Assembly: GCA_963791045.1 (NCBI GenBank)
Contig: CAWBQK010000002.1
Span: forward strand, 64,001-128,000
DNA from: Candidatus Latescibacterota bacterium
GTDB lineage: Bacteria; Krumholzibacteriota; Krumholzibacteriia; WVZY01
Length of the DNA: 64,000 nt
Direction of reading: 5' to 3'
The position numbers were made by a program, and so were the translations under genes. Position 1 is the first letter of the stretch. Every line of letters starts with the position of its first letter. The notes beneath the pieces were generated by a model. It saw nothing but the letters and a program-made list of their open reading frames with translations, had not been told where the DNA came from and ran no database searches. Below, in pieces: positions 1-11,164 of this stretch.

Positions 1-112
1 CGCGATTCAATCCATAGAAAAATACGGTAGCTGGCGCGGCACGTTCCGGTCGATCCGGCGCGTTTGCCGGTGTCATCCCTGGCACCCCGGGGGCGAAGAC
101 CTTGTTGATTAA
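1..112 (+). CDS. yidD: Membrane protein insertion efficiency factor YidD, 3' end only
   Basis: Frame from nt 2 reads AIQSIEKYGSWRGTFRSIRRVCRCHPWHPGGEDLVD* with the YidD RCHPW..GG.D motif; directly upstream of yidC. Confidence 0.93.
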   Translation, partial: AIQSIEKYGSWRGTFRSIRRVCRCHPWHPGGEDLVD

Positions 113-135
113 TCTCCAACACTAGGAGTCCTACA

Positions 136-2023
136 CTGGAACGACGACTTCTTATCGCTTTTGTCCTCTCGCTGTCGCTTATTCTGGCGTACCAGATCTT
201 CTATTATGGCCCGCGGATGAAAAAGGTCCAGGAGGAGCGGCGCCTGAAGATGGCCCAGGAGCAGCTCGAAGAGCAAGAACAGCTCGCGCAGCAAGCCTTA
301 CGGGATTCACTCGATCGAGCTTCCCGTCCTAATAGCGAGTCCGACGCGGGCGAAGGATCCGGCGCGTTCGACACGCCGACTTCGGCCGGTGACGATGAAT
401 ACTCATCCGAAACCACGCCTGGCGGCGACCTTCCCGCGGTCGCAAGCGGCGATGTGAGCCTCATCACTGTCCGCTCCCCTCTCTACGAGATGGTTATGTC
501 GACGGCCGGCGGCGAAATAGTGTCCGTGCGGTTGACCAACTTCGAAACCGAGGGAGAGCCCGTCGAGTTGATCGTCCAGGACGATACGCCGAGACGGGGC
601 GGAATGATCAATGTCACGCTTGTTGGCGAAACTCAGACCCAACCCCTTGCTAATGTTCTCTTTGAGGTGTACGCCGGCGCGTCCCCCACGCCGCTTGCCG
701 ATGGATCGGTCTTCCTGATCGACGAGACCACACCCGAGAAGGAAATCGTTTTCCGGGCGGTTGGCGCAGGCGTTAACGGGGTCGAACGGTATTATCGATT
801 TACACACGACTCATATCTGATAAACGCGGGTGTTCGTTTCGCCTCGACACAGATTTCCTACGCCCGAGAGGTGAAGTGGGGATTCGGGCCGGGTATGCGC
901 TCGACCGAGAAGAACGAAAAGGAAGACAAGGCGGCGATGCGCGCCACTCTGCGTATTGGTGACGAATTCCACCGCAAAAAGCCGGGCGATTTTGACGAGA
1001 ACTACACAGGGACCGTTCAATGGGCGGCTCTTCAAAACAAATACTTTACGACAATACTGATGGCTCAGGCCCCTGCGGGCGGCCAGGTGTCCGCGACCGG
1101 CGTCAAGGCGGAGTCGTTTATGACGGCGTCAATCGAGTTACCGCTTTCCGAGAGGCTCGGGCAGGTCGATCAGATGATCGATGTTTATCTGGGGCCGATC
1201 GACTACAAAGCGCTCAAGGCGTTCGACCGGGGCCTCGAGAAGAATGTCGAGATGGGATTCTGGCTCTTCAGGCCGGTGAGCAGCGTCATCCTTTGGAGTC
1301 TCCTGTGGCTTTACAGGTTTATCCCAAATTACGGCGTGGTCATCCTCCTTCTTTCGGTCGTTACAAAGATTTTGTTCTACCGTTTGACCCACAAGAGCTT
1401 CAAGTCGATGCGCGATCTCCAGTCGCTCCAGCCGCGGATCCAGGCGCTGAAGGACAAGTACGGGGACGACAAGCAGAAGCTCAGCCAGGAGACGATGAGT
1501 CTCTACAAGGAAGCTGGAGTGAACCCGCTTGGCGGATGTCTCCCGATGCTTCTCCAGATGCCCGTTTTTATTGCCCTTTTTAATGTGCTCCGTAGCACCA
1601 TAGAGCTGCGCGGGGCGCCTTTTGTGGGCTGGATGAACGACCTCTCTCAGCAGGACGTTCTCGCCACCATCCCGGTAACCTTGCCGTTTATCGGGAATGC
1701 GGTGAGCCTCCTTCCCATCCTTATGGGCGTCGGGATGCTCGTTCAGTCCAAGATCGGTGGTTCGATTGCCGGTCCGACGCAGAGTGCGGCACAGCCAAAA
1801 GCGTTCCAGTATCTGTTGCCCATCGTGTTTACGGTTCTCTTTTACCGCATGCCATCGGGGCTGGTGCTCTACTGGCTGGTGAACACGGTCATGTCGGTTG
1901 CCCAGCAGTATTACATCAACAAGGGAGCCGACGCCGAAGAGAAAGCAAACGGAACCGCAGTTGTAGATGAAGAAACCAAGCAAGTCGAAAACGAACAAAG
2001 CAAAACCAAAATCCAAAAAATAA
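136..2023 (+). CDS. yidC: Membrane protein insertase YidC (reads through into jag as assembled; probable indel near 1970-1985)
   Basis: NYGVVILLLSVVTKILFYRLT, GVNPLGGCLPMLLQMPVF and PSGLVLYWLVN motifs. An in-frame extension from CTG 136 gives the N-terminal TM anchor. A Lys-rich tail SKSKTNKAKPKSKK* ends at TAA 2021-2023 in another frame. Confidence 0.9.
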
Positions 2024-2040
2024 GGACAGGTGATCATTAC

Positions 2041-2721
2041 ATGGCGCAAAACGTCGAATCCTCGGGCAAGACCATCGAACAAGCGCTGCAGAAAGCGCTC
2101 AAGGAACTCGACGCCCGTCCGGAAGATGTCGATATCGAGATCCTTCCCGGAACAAACAAGGGCTTTTTTGGCGGTCTCTTCGGGTCGAAAACTGTAAGCA
2201 TCAAAGTGACCTTGCGGGACGCCAAGGGCGGCACCGAAGACCATGTCGATACTCTGAAGGTTATTCTCGCCAAGCTTCTCGGTCTTATGGGTGTCGATTA
2301 CGATGTCACAATAGAAACGCTCCCCGACACGACATTTATCAATATCAACTCGTCGGGGCTGGACGGGCTGCTTATCGGCCGGCGCGGCGAAACGCTCGCC
2401 TCACTCCAGCACGTGGTCAACCGTGTGTTCACGAGCAGGACCGGTCAGCACAGCAAGATCACGATCGATGTAGGCGGATATATAAAACGCAAACACCGTC
2501 TTCTCGTCGAGCGTTCACGCAAGGTCGCCGACCGTGTGCGCAAGACGGGCAAGGAATTTGATTTCGAGCCACTAAAAGCCGCGGACCGCCGGATCATCCA
2601 TCTGGCCGTCTCCGAGCTTAACGAAGTCACCACTTACACGATCGGAGACGGACTGCTCCGCAAAGTGGTAATCACGCCAAAAACCAACGAGGCTTCCGGG
2701 AGCGCGGGTCGCGACAACTGA
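2041..2721 (+). CDS. jag: RNA-binding protein Jag/EloR (Jag_N, KH, R3H)
   Basis: MAQNVESSGKTIEQALQKALKEL N-terminus, KH LLIGRRGETLASLQ, R3H DRRIIH; own SD-like GGACAGGTG upstream; canonical position after yidC. Confidence 0.93.
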   Translation: MAQNVESSGKTIEQALQKALKELDARPEDVDIEILPGTNKGFFGGLFGSKTVSIKVTLRDAKGGTEDHVDTLKVILAKLLGLMGVDYDVTIETLPDTTFININSSGLDGLLIGRRGETLASLQHVVNRVFTSRTGQHSKITIDVGGYIKRKHRLLVERSRKVADRVRKTGKEFDFEPLKAADRRIIHLAVSELNEVTTYTIGDGLLRKVVITPKTNEASGSAGRDN

Positions 2722-2745
2722 TCCCGCCCGGAGTGCCAGGCCCCT

Positions 2746-4140
2746 ATGACGAGCGACCACGATTCTACGATCGCGGCGCTCTCAACCCCCGCCGGTGAGT
2801 CCGGCATCGCCGTGGTTCGAATGTCGGGGGGACGAGCGCTCGCCATTCTCGCCGGTTTATTCCGAACGAAGGACGGAACCGTACGTAGCGGTGCATGGGA
2901 GCACCGGCGCCTCTACTACGGCAAGGTGGTCGACGCTGACGGTGAACCGATCGATGAAGTTGTCTGCGCGATAATGCGCGCGCCGGAATCGTATTCCGGA
3001 GAAGACACAGTCGAGATCAGCTGTCACGGAAATACCGTTATCATATCAAAATTGCTGCGAGCGCTCTTCGACGCGGGGGCCAGACCGGCCGAGCCGGGTG
3101 AGTTTACAAAGCGAGCTTTCTTAAACGGCAAGCTCGATCTTATCCAGGCGGAAGCCGTCGGGGATCTCATTCACTCACGCAGCGAACTCCAGCAGCGGGT
3201 TGCCCGCGAACAACTCGAGGGGTCGCTCTCGGCCCGGATCAACGCCCTCGCCGACGAGTTTCTTGGACTTCTGGGGATCGTCGAGGCCAACATCGATTTT
3301 ATCGAAGAGGGAATCGAAACGATCAACTATGACGAAGCGGTCGCGCTGGTCTGCGCGCACCGCGTGCGCCTGGACACGCTCCTCGGGTCGGCCCCCTTGA
3401 GCCGCCCCTTTCGCGAGGGGTATCGCGTGGGAATCGCCGGGCCGGTCAATGTCGGTAAGAGCAGCTTGTTCAACAAGTTAATTGGAGAGAGCCGGGCGAT
3501 CGTTACCGAAATACCGGGAACGACGCGTGACGTTTTGCGGGAACCGATTGTTCTCGAGGGGCTTCTTTTTGTGGTTCAGGACACGGCGGGGCTCCGCGGA
3601 ACCACCGACGAGGTGGAAAGCATAGGCGTGGGACTCGCCGAGTCGACGGTGGATGAAGCGGACATTGTTTTGTTTACGATTGACGGATCGGAACCGATTG
3701 ACGACGAGGTGGAGGCGCGGATCGGAAGGCTCAAACCAGACCGAACAATACTTATTTTGAACAAAATCGATTTGCCGTCGCACGCGTCACTCGATAAATT
3801 GAATAAAGCCCATCCGTCGCTGAGGGTTCTGCCTGTTTCGGCGCATACGGGCGAGGGAATAAGCGACCTGACCGAAGCGCTTGTCGAACGGGTTGCGCGC
3901 GATGGACTCGATTGGATCGCGCGCGAACGCGTTGTTCTCAACACGCGACTTGTGTCGCTTCTGGAAAACGCGCGCGAGCACCTCGGCGTCCTTGAGAAAA
4001 ATCTGGCGGCACGCGCGCCGCTCGAGATTCTCGCGCTGGACACGCGCGAAGCGTTGTCGTTTTACGAGTCGGCGACGGGGAAGCGCTACAGCGAGGATCT
4101 CCTCGATACGATCTTTTCGAGATTTTGCATTGGCAAGTAG
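2746..4140 (+). CDS. mnmE: tRNA modification GTPase MnmE/TrmE
   Basis: STIAALSTP, GEFTKRAFLNGKLDL, GPVNVGKSS, GTTRD, DTAG, NKID and terminal FCIGK. Confidence 0.97.
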   Translation: MTSDHDSTIAALSTPAGESGIAVVRMSGGRALAILAGLFRTKDGTVRSGAWEHRRLYYGKVVDADGEPIDEVVCAIMRAPESYSGEDTVEISCHGNTVIISKLLRALFDAGARPAEPGEFTKRAFLNGKLDLIQAEAVGDLIHSRSELQQRVAREQLEGSLSARINALADEFLGLLGIVEANIDFIEEGIETINYDEAVALVCAHRVRLDTLLGSAPLSRPFREGYRVGIAGPVNVGKSSLFNKLIGESRAIVTEIPGTTRDVLREPIVLEGLLFVVQDTAGLRGTTDEVESIGVGLAESTVDEADIVLFTIDGSEPIDDEVEARIGRLKPDRTILILNKIDLPSHASLDKLNKAHPSLRVLPVSAHTGEGISDLTEALVERVARDGLDWIARERVVLNTRLVSLLENAREHLGVLEKNLAARAPLEILALDTREALSFYESATGKRYSEDLLDTIFSRFCIGK

Positions 4141-4230
4141 GAGTAGAGTGCGGGCGGCGTGCACGGCGTTTTTGTCGACGAACCAGTGGTCGTGTCGTGA
4201 CCGGTGCTACTATCGGCGAATCAGTGATCC

Positions 4231-4344
4231 GCACGAAGCGTAAGCGAGCACGCGCGGGCTTACCATTTGGGCTCTCGAAGCATCTGAGCCAAGTTCCCCG
4301 CACTTCGCTTCGCTCAGGGTATCGGCGACAGGACCCGTGGCAAG
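4231..4344 (+). repeat. Dispersed structured intergenic repeat, copy 1
   Basis: Aligns by eye to 12390-12502 (GCGAG.ACGCGCGGGCTTACCAT...GAAGCATCTGAGC...CCCCGCAC.TCGCTTCGCTC.GGGT...GACAGGACCCG.GGC). Confidence 0.85.
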
Positions 4345-4370
4345 TTAAACGACAAGACCAATAACAGCTC

Positions 4371-6287
4371 ATGACACTCAAGTATGACCTCATAGTTATC
4401 GGCGGCGGACACGCCGGGTGCGAAGCGGCTCTCGTAGCGGCGCGCTCAGGCGTTAGGACCGCGCTCGTCACCCTGACCCTTGACCGTATCGGTCATATGC
4501 CGTGTAACCCGGCGGTTGGCGGTCTCGCTAAGGGGCATCTGGTCAAAGAGTTAGACGTATTGGGTGGTGAGATCGGACACGCTACCGATATTGCTGGGAT
4601 CCAGTTCCGTATGCTGAACCGCGCAAAAGGGCCGGCCGTGTGGTCACCACGCGCGCAGGTCGACAAGTTTCACTATCGCGAGGCAATGAAGCATGTCGTT
4701 GAAAATCAGATAAACCTTGATGTCTTTGAAGGGGAAGTGGCGGATGTCCTGGCCGAGCACTATCGTTTTCAAGGTATCGTGATGAAGACAGGTGTCAAGA
4801 TCTTGTCACCCTATGGAGTGCTGACCGCCGGGACATTTCTGCGGGGCTTGATGCACATAGGGGAGAAGAAAATCACCGGCGGGCGCGAGGGAGAACCCCA
4901 GTCGAGCACACTGTCGAGCGCACTTTCGGCGGCCGGATTCCGAATGGGCCGGCTAAAGACTGGGACACCGCCGCGGATTCTTCGAAGCTCTGTCGATTTG
5001 TCGAAGCTTGAACCGCAGCCGGGTGACGATCCACCGACACCTTTCTCGCACCGGACGGAATCGCTCGATCTGACACAAGAGCTGTGTTACCTTACATTTA
5101 CAACTGAAAAAACCCATGAAATTCTCCGCGAGGCTCTCGATCGTTCGCCCCTGTACCGAGGGGACATCGAAGGAATCGGGACCCGTTACTGTCCGTCAAT
5201 AGAGGACAAGGTGGTGCGTTTTCCGGAGAAAGTCAGACACCAGGTGTTCGTCGAGCCAGAAGGCAGGGGGCACCCCGAGCTCTATCTCAACGGGATCTCA
5301 ACGAGTATGCCCGTCGATATCCAGCTGAAGATGCTTGGGTCCGTTCCAGGACTCGAAACAGCGGTGATGCAGAGGCCCGGGTACGCGGTGGAATATGATT
5401 ACTTCCCGCCGGACCAGCTCAAGCGAACTCTGGAGTCAAAACACATCGAAGGGTTGTATTTCGCGGGTCAGGTAAACGGCACCTCGGGATATGAAGAGGC
5501 GGCGGCTCAGGGGTTTGTCGCCGGGATTAATGTCGTTCAAAGGCTCAAAGACTTGGAAGCCTTTGTCCCAAAACGAGATGAGGCTTATATCGGCGTCATG
5601 CTCGACGACCTCACTACCAAAGAAATCGATGAGCCGTACCGAATGTTCACTTCGAGGGCGGAATTTCGGCTTCTTCTCCGCCAGGACAACGCCGACGAGC
5701 GACTGATGCACTACGGCGTCAAGTGGGGGCTTGTAGATGAGGCGGAGCTGCAAGGAGTTCAACAGCGGGTCAGCGACGTGGAAACGGTAATTGACCGGCT
5801 TGGCAAGGCGGTATTTCCCATAAGGGCCGGGAATGAGCTGTTCGAGTCGAAGGGGCTCGGGTCGGTAAACAAACCGTCCTCGCTGCTCCAGGTGCTCAAG
5901 CGGCCGGATGTCCGTTTTCGACACGTCGAAACGTTTCTCGAGGGGGAAATCCCTGAGTGCAACGTGTTTGACAATCACGTAGAGTGTTCGGTGAAATACC
6001 GCGGGTACATCGAACGGCAGGAACGCGACATCAAAACGGTCAGAGATATGGAGGGTAAGACGATCCCGGATGACTTCTCATACGAAGCGATCTCTGGGCT
6101 GAGCACCGAATCACGGCAGAAGCTTGTTGCCAAGCGTCCAGAAACCATCGGGCATGCCTCGCGAATCTCAGGAGTCAGGGCCTCTGACCTCTCCATCCTC
6201 GTCGTCCACCTCGAACGCCACCGGCGAAACGGTGGAAAATCGAACGAACAACCCACCCCGGAATCTAATGTCGACGGACAGAACTGA
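4371..6287 (+). CDS. mnmG: tRNA uridine 5-carboxymethylaminomethyl modification enzyme MnmG/GidA
   Basis: [68 protein letters not shown]. Confidence 0.98.
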   Translation: MTLKYDLIVIGGGHAGCEAALVAARSGVRTALVTLTLDRIGHMPCNPAVGGLAKGHLVKELDVLGGEIGHATDIAGIQFRMLNRAKGPAVWSPRAQVDKFHYREAMKHVVENQINLDVFEGEVADVLAEHYRFQGIVMKTGVKILSPYGVLTAGTFLRGLMHIGEKKITGGREGEPQSSTLSSALSAAGFRMGRLKTGTPPRILRSSVDLSKLEPQPGDDPPTPFSHRTESLDLTQELCYLTFTTEKTHEILREALDRSPLYRGDIEGIGTRYCPSIEDKVVRFPEKVRHQVFVEPEGRGHPELYLNGISTSMPVDIQLKMLGSVPGLETAVMQRPGYAVEYDYFPPDQLKRTLESKHIEGLYFAGQVNGTSGYEEAAAQGFVAGINVVQRLKDLEAFVPKRDEAYIGVMLDDLTTKEIDEPYRMFTSRAEFRLLLRQDNADERLMHYGVKWGLVDEAELQGVQQRVSDVETVIDRLGKAVFPIRAGNELFESKGLGSVNKPSSLLQVLKRPDVRFRHVETFLEGEIPECNVFDNHVECSVKYRGYIERQERDIKTVRDMEGKTIPDDFSYEAISGLSTESRQKLVAKRPETIGHASRISGVRASDLSILVVHLERHRRNGGKSNEQPTPESNVDGQN

Positions 6288-6942
6288 AGATATAGCAACA
6301 GTTTTGGCCGATGTGTCGGCCGAGGTGGAACGAGTTGACCCCGGTCGGATGACCGTACTCCTCGAAGAGCTCTTCCGCTGGAATCCCCAATTAGGACTCG
6401 TCTCCAAACAGAACACCCCAGAGGTAGTTGTCCGGCTCATCCGGCGGAGCGCCCAATTGTGGCGGTTTGTTACGGACAACGCCGTTCTGCCGATGCCCGG
6501 TGCGACGGGGAGCGCCGAAGAACCACCGCTTCGGGTGGCCGATGTGGGCTCGGGTGGCGGTTTCCCGGGACTCCTGTGGAAACTCCTCGAGCCTCGGCTC
6601 GATGTTACACTCATTGAACGCAAGGACCGCAAGGTCGCATTTCTCGAGCGTGCGATTGTGCGGATGCAGTTGGATGGGGTGGAGGCGCTGTCATCCGACC
6701 TCGCGGATGTTGCGAGGAAGGATGTTTTCCAGGGTGCGTTCGATGTGGTCGTGCTCATGGCCGTGAGCGACCCAAGCGACCTGGCCGCTCCGATCGAGAG
6801 AATCCTCAAGCCGTCGGGCTATCTCTGTGCCGTCCGAGGACGCGACCAGGCTCCACGGCCCCCGCGTATCGGCGAGTCGCTGAAAGAACGTGTGAAGGAG
6901 GAGAGAGCGGACGGGCGATTCCTCCTCTACCAGAAGATCTGA
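6268..6942 (+). CDS. rsmG: 16S rRNA m7G527 methyltransferase RsmG/GidB
   Basis: [13 protein letters not shown] motif and [10 protein letters not shown]; overlaps the end of mnmG; ATG 6268 preferred over the track start. Confidence 0.9.
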   Translation: MSTDRTEDIATVLADVSAEVERVDPGRMTVLLEELFRWNPQLGLVSKQNTPEVVVRLIRRSAQLWRFVTDNAVLPMPGATGSAEEPPLRVADVGSGGGFPGLLWKLLEPRLDVTLIERKDRKVAFLERAIVRMQLDGVEALSSDLADVARKDVFQGAFDVVVLMAVSDPSDLAAPIERILKPSGYLCAVRGRDQAPRPPRIGESLKERVKEERADGRFLLYQKI

Positions 6943-7009
6943 CCTCTCGTTTATCCTCCAAAACTACAAGCAACAACAAAACACTATAAGTAACAACGTG
7001 TTACTTGAG

Positions 7010-7025
7010 TGTTTCACGTGAAACA
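7010..7025. promoter_or_regulatory. parS centromere-like site
   Basis: TGTTTCACGTGAAACA, a perfect palindromic match to the parS consensus, 1.6 kb from parA. Confidence 0.95.
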
Positions 7026-7152
7026 ATTAGAAGCGACGGGGAATCACATGCCCTGACGAGAACTTTTTGGCACAGGCCGGAAAAAGCTTGCTTTGGTCCG
7101 GCGGTTGCGATTAATGTTTCGAAGAACCCCATGCACGAACCGAGGAGATGCT

Positions 7153-8508
7153 ATGATTCTTCGTAAGGCATTGTATATCATATGTTTATGCAGCATTGCG
7201 CTCCTGCCGCTGGCCGGATGTTCGAGCGATGACAACGGAACAACCCCCGACAACAACAACCCCCCGACGGTCGAATTCACAATAGACAAACTGGCGGTGC
7301 CCAGAGTGTCGGACATAACACTCACCGCCACAACCGATGACCCGGATGGTGACCCCGTCACGGTTAACTGGCAAGTGACCCGCGGGGTGCTCAACCAGTC
7401 GCAGCAGGGGCAGCCTTCTATCGGATGGATTACACCCCAGGTGGCAGGGCTGGACACCATTACAATTACCGCCGCGGACAACAAAGGCGGTTCGACAACC
7501 ATCACCGAAACCATCAAGGTAGGGTGGCTCGTTTCGAACCGCATCCAGCCCCCCGGACAAACCTGGCGGGCGGTAAACTCGCCAATCATTGTCCGGCCCG
7601 GCGAGGACAAGTTCGTCATCACAGAAGGGGCGAGGCTGGTCATCGAGGCCGGGGTCGAAGTCCTATTCGATCGCCGCGATCTCGAGGCGGTCGTTTCCGG
7701 CGGGACGCTCGAAATGAACGGCGATGCCGTCGATCCGGTGGTGATTCTTCCAAATACGAAGACTCCGGAACCAGGGTGGTGGGCTGGGATACTCGTTGCC
7801 AGTGGGGAGCTTGGCCAGCCCGGAATCGCGGATCTGACCCATGCACGGATCGGCTATGCCACGTCCGCCGTTCGCGGTATCAACACGGCTGACGTCATGA
7901 TCCACAACTGTGACATCAAATTCGCCTTCGAAAACGCCGTCCTCTACGAGGGAGCAGGGAATTTACTCGTTGAAAATTCGAACTTTACCAACAATGAACG
8001 CACCGCGATCCGTGTTGAAAGCGGCGTTTTGCTCCCCGAGAGCGTCATCATTCGCGGAGACAGTATTGCCGTCAACGGAGACCTGTCCGGCTCGACCCCT
8101 TACGAGGACGATGCGGCGATACTGATTAACCTTGACGATCCCTTTGGCACCGTTTACATAGATATTTCAGACAACGAGATATCGCGCAACGCATTTCCTG
8201 GTATGCAGTTAACGAATGCGGTCTTTCCGTTTGTCCATCATAATGCAATTTTTGCGAATGAGTTTGGCAAGTCGGGGACCCGTTTCAATATCCGCCTCAC
8301 GGACGACTTCGGCTCCCAGGGTGGTCAGGATACCATTGATGCCCGCTGCAACTACTGGGGTGGCTTCTACCCGAATCCGGCGGACTCGGTAATGATCAAG
8401 GCCGGCATTCGCGACGCGGATGACAACGCGACCATACTCGTCGATGTCATCGTCACGCCGTGGCTCAGCCAGTGGCCACCGGTTAGTCTGCCGCCGGAAT
8501 GCCAGTAG
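7153..8508 (+). CDS. Lipoprotein with Ig-like N-terminal domain and probable right-handed beta-helix repeats
   Basis: SD GAGGAG; signal peptide with lipobox LAGC; DDPDGDPVTVNW and DNKGG Ig/PKD-like motifs; Asn-rich repeats and DARCNYWG. Confidence 0.75.
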   Translation: MILRKALYIICLCSIALLPLAGCSSDDNGTTPDNNNPPTVEFTIDKLAVPRVSDITLTATTDDPDGDPVTVNWQVTRGVLNQSQQGQPSIGWITPQVAGLDTITITAADNKGGSTTITETIKVGWLVSNRIQPPGQTWRAVNSPIIVRPGEDKFVITEGARLVIEAGVEVLFDRRDLEAVVSGGTLEMNGDAVDPVVILPNTKTPEPGWWAGILVASGELGQPGIADLTHARIGYATSAVRGINTADVMIHNCDIKFAFENAVLYEGAGNLLVENSNFTNNERTAIRVESGVLLPESVIIRGDSIAVNGDLSGSTPYEDDAAILINLDDPFGTVYIDISDNEISRNAFPGMQLTNAVFPFVHHNAIFANEFGKSGTRFNIRLTDDFGSQGGQDTIDARCNYWGGFYPNPADSVMIKAGIRDADDNATILVDVIVTPWLSQWPPVSLPPECQ

Positions 8509-8663
8509 GATCACCCGATCCGCATAAGTATACGTATTTGACTGACCGAGTTGATTTCTGCGCATGGGGGTGGAACGGCTTTGAAGGATTCGATCGAGTT
8601 TATCCAGAGTCATTTGACAATAGACAGCAATGCGAAAGGATCGGTGAGAAAGCCGTCTGAACC

Positions 8664-9440
8664 ATGGGGAAAATAGTAGCAATAACAAATCAAAAAGGCG
8701 GGGTCGGCAAGACGACAACGGCGGTCAACCTGTGCGCGAGCCTGGCCGCGGCGGAGAAACCAACTCTGCTCGTCGACATGGACCCCCAGGCCAACGCGGG
8801 GTCGGGACTCGGTGTCGACAAACGAACGCTCGAGACAACCGTCTACGAAGTACTCCTCGATGACACGCTGATCGACGAGGCGATCATCGAGACGTTGCTT
8901 CCACATCTCTGGCTTCTGCCCGCCAACGCACGTCTGACGGGAGCGGAAGTCGAACTCGTCGGGCATGAAGGCCGCGAATTCAAGTTGAAGAAAGCGCTCG
9001 AGAAAGTCAGAGACCGTTACGAGTATATCTTTATTGATTGCCCGCCAAGTCTCGGGCTTCTCACACTCAACACCCTGTCCGCCGCCGATTCGATTCTCAT
9101 ACCGGTGCAGTGCGAGTACTACGCGCTCGAGGGCCTGGGACAACTGCTAGAAACGATTAAGCTCGTGCAGGCCCGGCTCAATCCCAAACTCGAGATCGAG
9201 GGCGTTCTGCTCACGATGTTCGACCGCCGGCTCAACCTGGCGCGCCAGGTTGTCGAGGAAGCTTCCGATTACTTCGGGGACAAAGTGTACGAAACGATTA
9301 TTCCGCGGAATGTCAAACTGGGAGAGTCCCCCAGTTTTGGCAAACCGATACTTCTGTACGACGCCCAGTCTCAAGGGGCGCAAACATATCTACGTCTGGC
9401 AAGAGAGGTGATCAGCAGTGTCGAAGAAAGCGTTGGGTAA
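8664..9440 (+). CDS. parA: Chromosome partitioning ATPase ParA/Soj
   Basis: [36 protein letters not shown]. Confidence 0.97.
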   Translation: MGKIVAITNQKGGVGKTTTAVNLCASLAAAEKPTLLVDMDPQANAGSGLGVDKRTLETTVYEVLLDDTLIDEAIIETLLPHLWLLPANARLTGAEVELVGHEGREFKLKKALEKVRDRYEYIFIDCPPSLGLLTLNTLSAADSILIPVQCEYYALEGLGQLLETIKLVQARLNPKLEIEGVLLTMFDRRLNLARQVVEEASDYFGDKVYETIIPRNVKLGESPSFGKPILLYDAQSQGAQTYLRLAREVISSVEESVG

Positions 9441-10278
9441 AGGGCTGGATGCCCTCATACCTCAAGGGGTTATGGAGACGCTCGATTCCGAGAAGGTTCA
9501 TCATATCCCCGTCGGCGAGATCCGGGCCAACCCGCAGCAGCCGCGAAAGCGATTTGACAAAGAACGAATTCGATCGCTCGCCGAGAGCATTCAGGCCGAT
9601 GGAATCCTCCAGCCGGTGGTGGTCCGCCAGCGCGGCGAGCACTACGAACTCATCATGGGGGAACGTCGGCTCCAGGCCGCGCGCCTTGCCGGCGCTCAGA
9701 CGATACCCGCGATTCTACGCCCGGTTGAAGAGGCCGATGCCCTTCGTCTCGCGCTGGTCGAGAATTTGCAGAGGGAAGATCTCAACCCCATCGAAGTCGC
9801 CGAGGCGTACAAGGCGCTTGTCGACAAGTTCGGGCTGTCCCAACAGGAACTCTCGGGGCTCGTCGGTAAAGATCGGAGTTCGGTGGCCAACACGCTGCGG
9901 CTTCTCGCTTTGCCCGAGGAGATCCGGACGATGATCGTCGACGAGAAGATCAGCGAAGGGCACGCTCGAACATTGCTGGCGCTTTCGACACGCGCCGAGC
10001 AGCTTGCTCTGGCCAAGCGAATCGTCGAGAAACAATTGAACGTTCGGCAGACCGAGCTGGAAATCGGAGAGCGTCGTGAAAAACCGGCGAAGGGTAAGTC
10101 GAAGAAGGATAAGCCGGCGCACATCACGCTGCTCGAAAACGCGTTCTCGCAGCACCTGTCAACACGGGTGTCGATCGACGAGAAGCGCGGCGGAAAAGGA
10201 AAGATTGTGGTCGAGTTTTACAGCCACGACGATTTTGAACGGCTGGCGACACTCATGGAGATACCGCTTCCGCGATAA
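9418..10278 (+). CDS. parB: Chromosome partitioning protein ParB/Spo0J
   Basis: [36 protein letters not shown] and HTH region. Confidence 0.97.
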   Translation: MSKKALGKGLDALIPQGVMETLDSEKVHHIPVGEIRANPQQPRKRFDKERIRSLAESIQADGILQPVVVRQRGEHYELIMGERRLQAARLAGAQTIPAILRPVEEADALRLALVENLQREDLNPIEVAEAYKALVDKFGLSQQELSGLVGKDRSSVANTLRLLALPEEIRTMIVDEKISEGHARTLLALSTRAEQLALAKRIVEKQLNVRQTELEIGERREKPAKGKSKKDKPAHITLLENAFSQHLSTRVSIDEKRGGKGKIVVEFYSHDDFERLATLMEIPLPR

Positions 10279-11078
10279 TGAAAAAGTACCTGTCACTTAT
10301 CGTCGCACCGCATGACAACGCGAATGTTCGAAACTACAAGATTTCGTACAGAATGTTGTACGCCCTTGGCGTTGTGATCGTGTTGTCCGTTGTGGTCCTG
10401 GTGGTTCTTACCATCGCGTACAGCCGTGTCCTTGTCAGGGCACAGCAAGCCGAGAGGCTTGTCGAGAGCAACGAGAGTGTCGTTATTCGAAAATCTGAAA
10501 TCGACTCGCTCAGGGTCGAACTGGTTCGGCTGCAGACCATGGGGATCCAGATCAAGAACATGATGGGTGTAGGATTGTCCGCTGAGGACAGCTCGCTGGT
10601 CGCTAATTTGTCGCCCATCGCCAAGTCTCCGGCCATTTCAGGCACGTTTGAGACGGCCGATGCGACGGCTGCGCAACAAAAGCTTTTGCTCAAAGCGATT
10701 CCATCCATGTGGCCTGTAAAAGGTTACGTCACCAAAGAGTTTCACGTGACCGGTGGCGAGAAAAACGAGCACTTCCACCCGGGCATGGATATTGCAGCCA
10801 CAAGAAATACACCGGTTCGAGCGTCCGCTGAAGGTGTCGTAATCACGAGCGGTTGGGATGAGATTTACGGGTATTTGGTCGTCATCGATCACGGTTTTGG
10901 GATTTCGACGGTCTATGGTCATAACACTCGTAATCTTGTTAGCGTAGGCGACCGGGTTGCCAGAGGGCAGACAATCGCTTTTCTGGGGTCCACCGGGAAA
11001 AGCACTGCTCCACATCTCCACTTCGAGGTGAAGAAAAACGGTGTGCCCGTGAATCCGAGAGATTACTTGCTCAACTAG
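10278..11078 (+). CDS. Membrane-anchored M23 family peptidoglycan endopeptidase
   Basis: N-terminal TM, coiled coil, HPGMD (HxxxD) and STAPHLHFEV (HxH). Confidence 0.92.
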   Translation: MKKYLSLIVAPHDNANVRNYKISYRMLYALGVVIVLSVVVLVVLTIAYSRVLVRAQQAERLVESNESVVIRKSEIDSLRVELVRLQTMGIQIKNMMGVGLSAEDSSLVANLSPIAKSPAISGTFETADATAAQQKLLLKAIPSMWPVKGYVTKEFHVTGGEKNEHFHPGMDIAATRNTPVRASAEGVVITSGWDEIYGYLVVIDHGFGISTVYGHNTRNLVSVGDRVARGQTIAFLGSTGKSTAPHLHFEVKKNGVPVNPRDYLLN

Positions 11079-11164
11079 ACACCAAACGAAAATTGGACTT
11101 TCACGAACATGGGTTTTGTGTATAATCGTCGCGCGTAAGAGACCTTAAAGAGGAGGAAGATCGC

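Noticed and set aside
7068-7092. TGGCAC...TTGC upstream of the lipoprotein as a sigma-54 promoter
   Set aside because: The spacing does not fit GG-N10-GC
10738-10753. parS-like AGTTTCACGTGACCGG inside the M23 gene
   Set aside because: Only the left half and core match; the right arm has several mismatches
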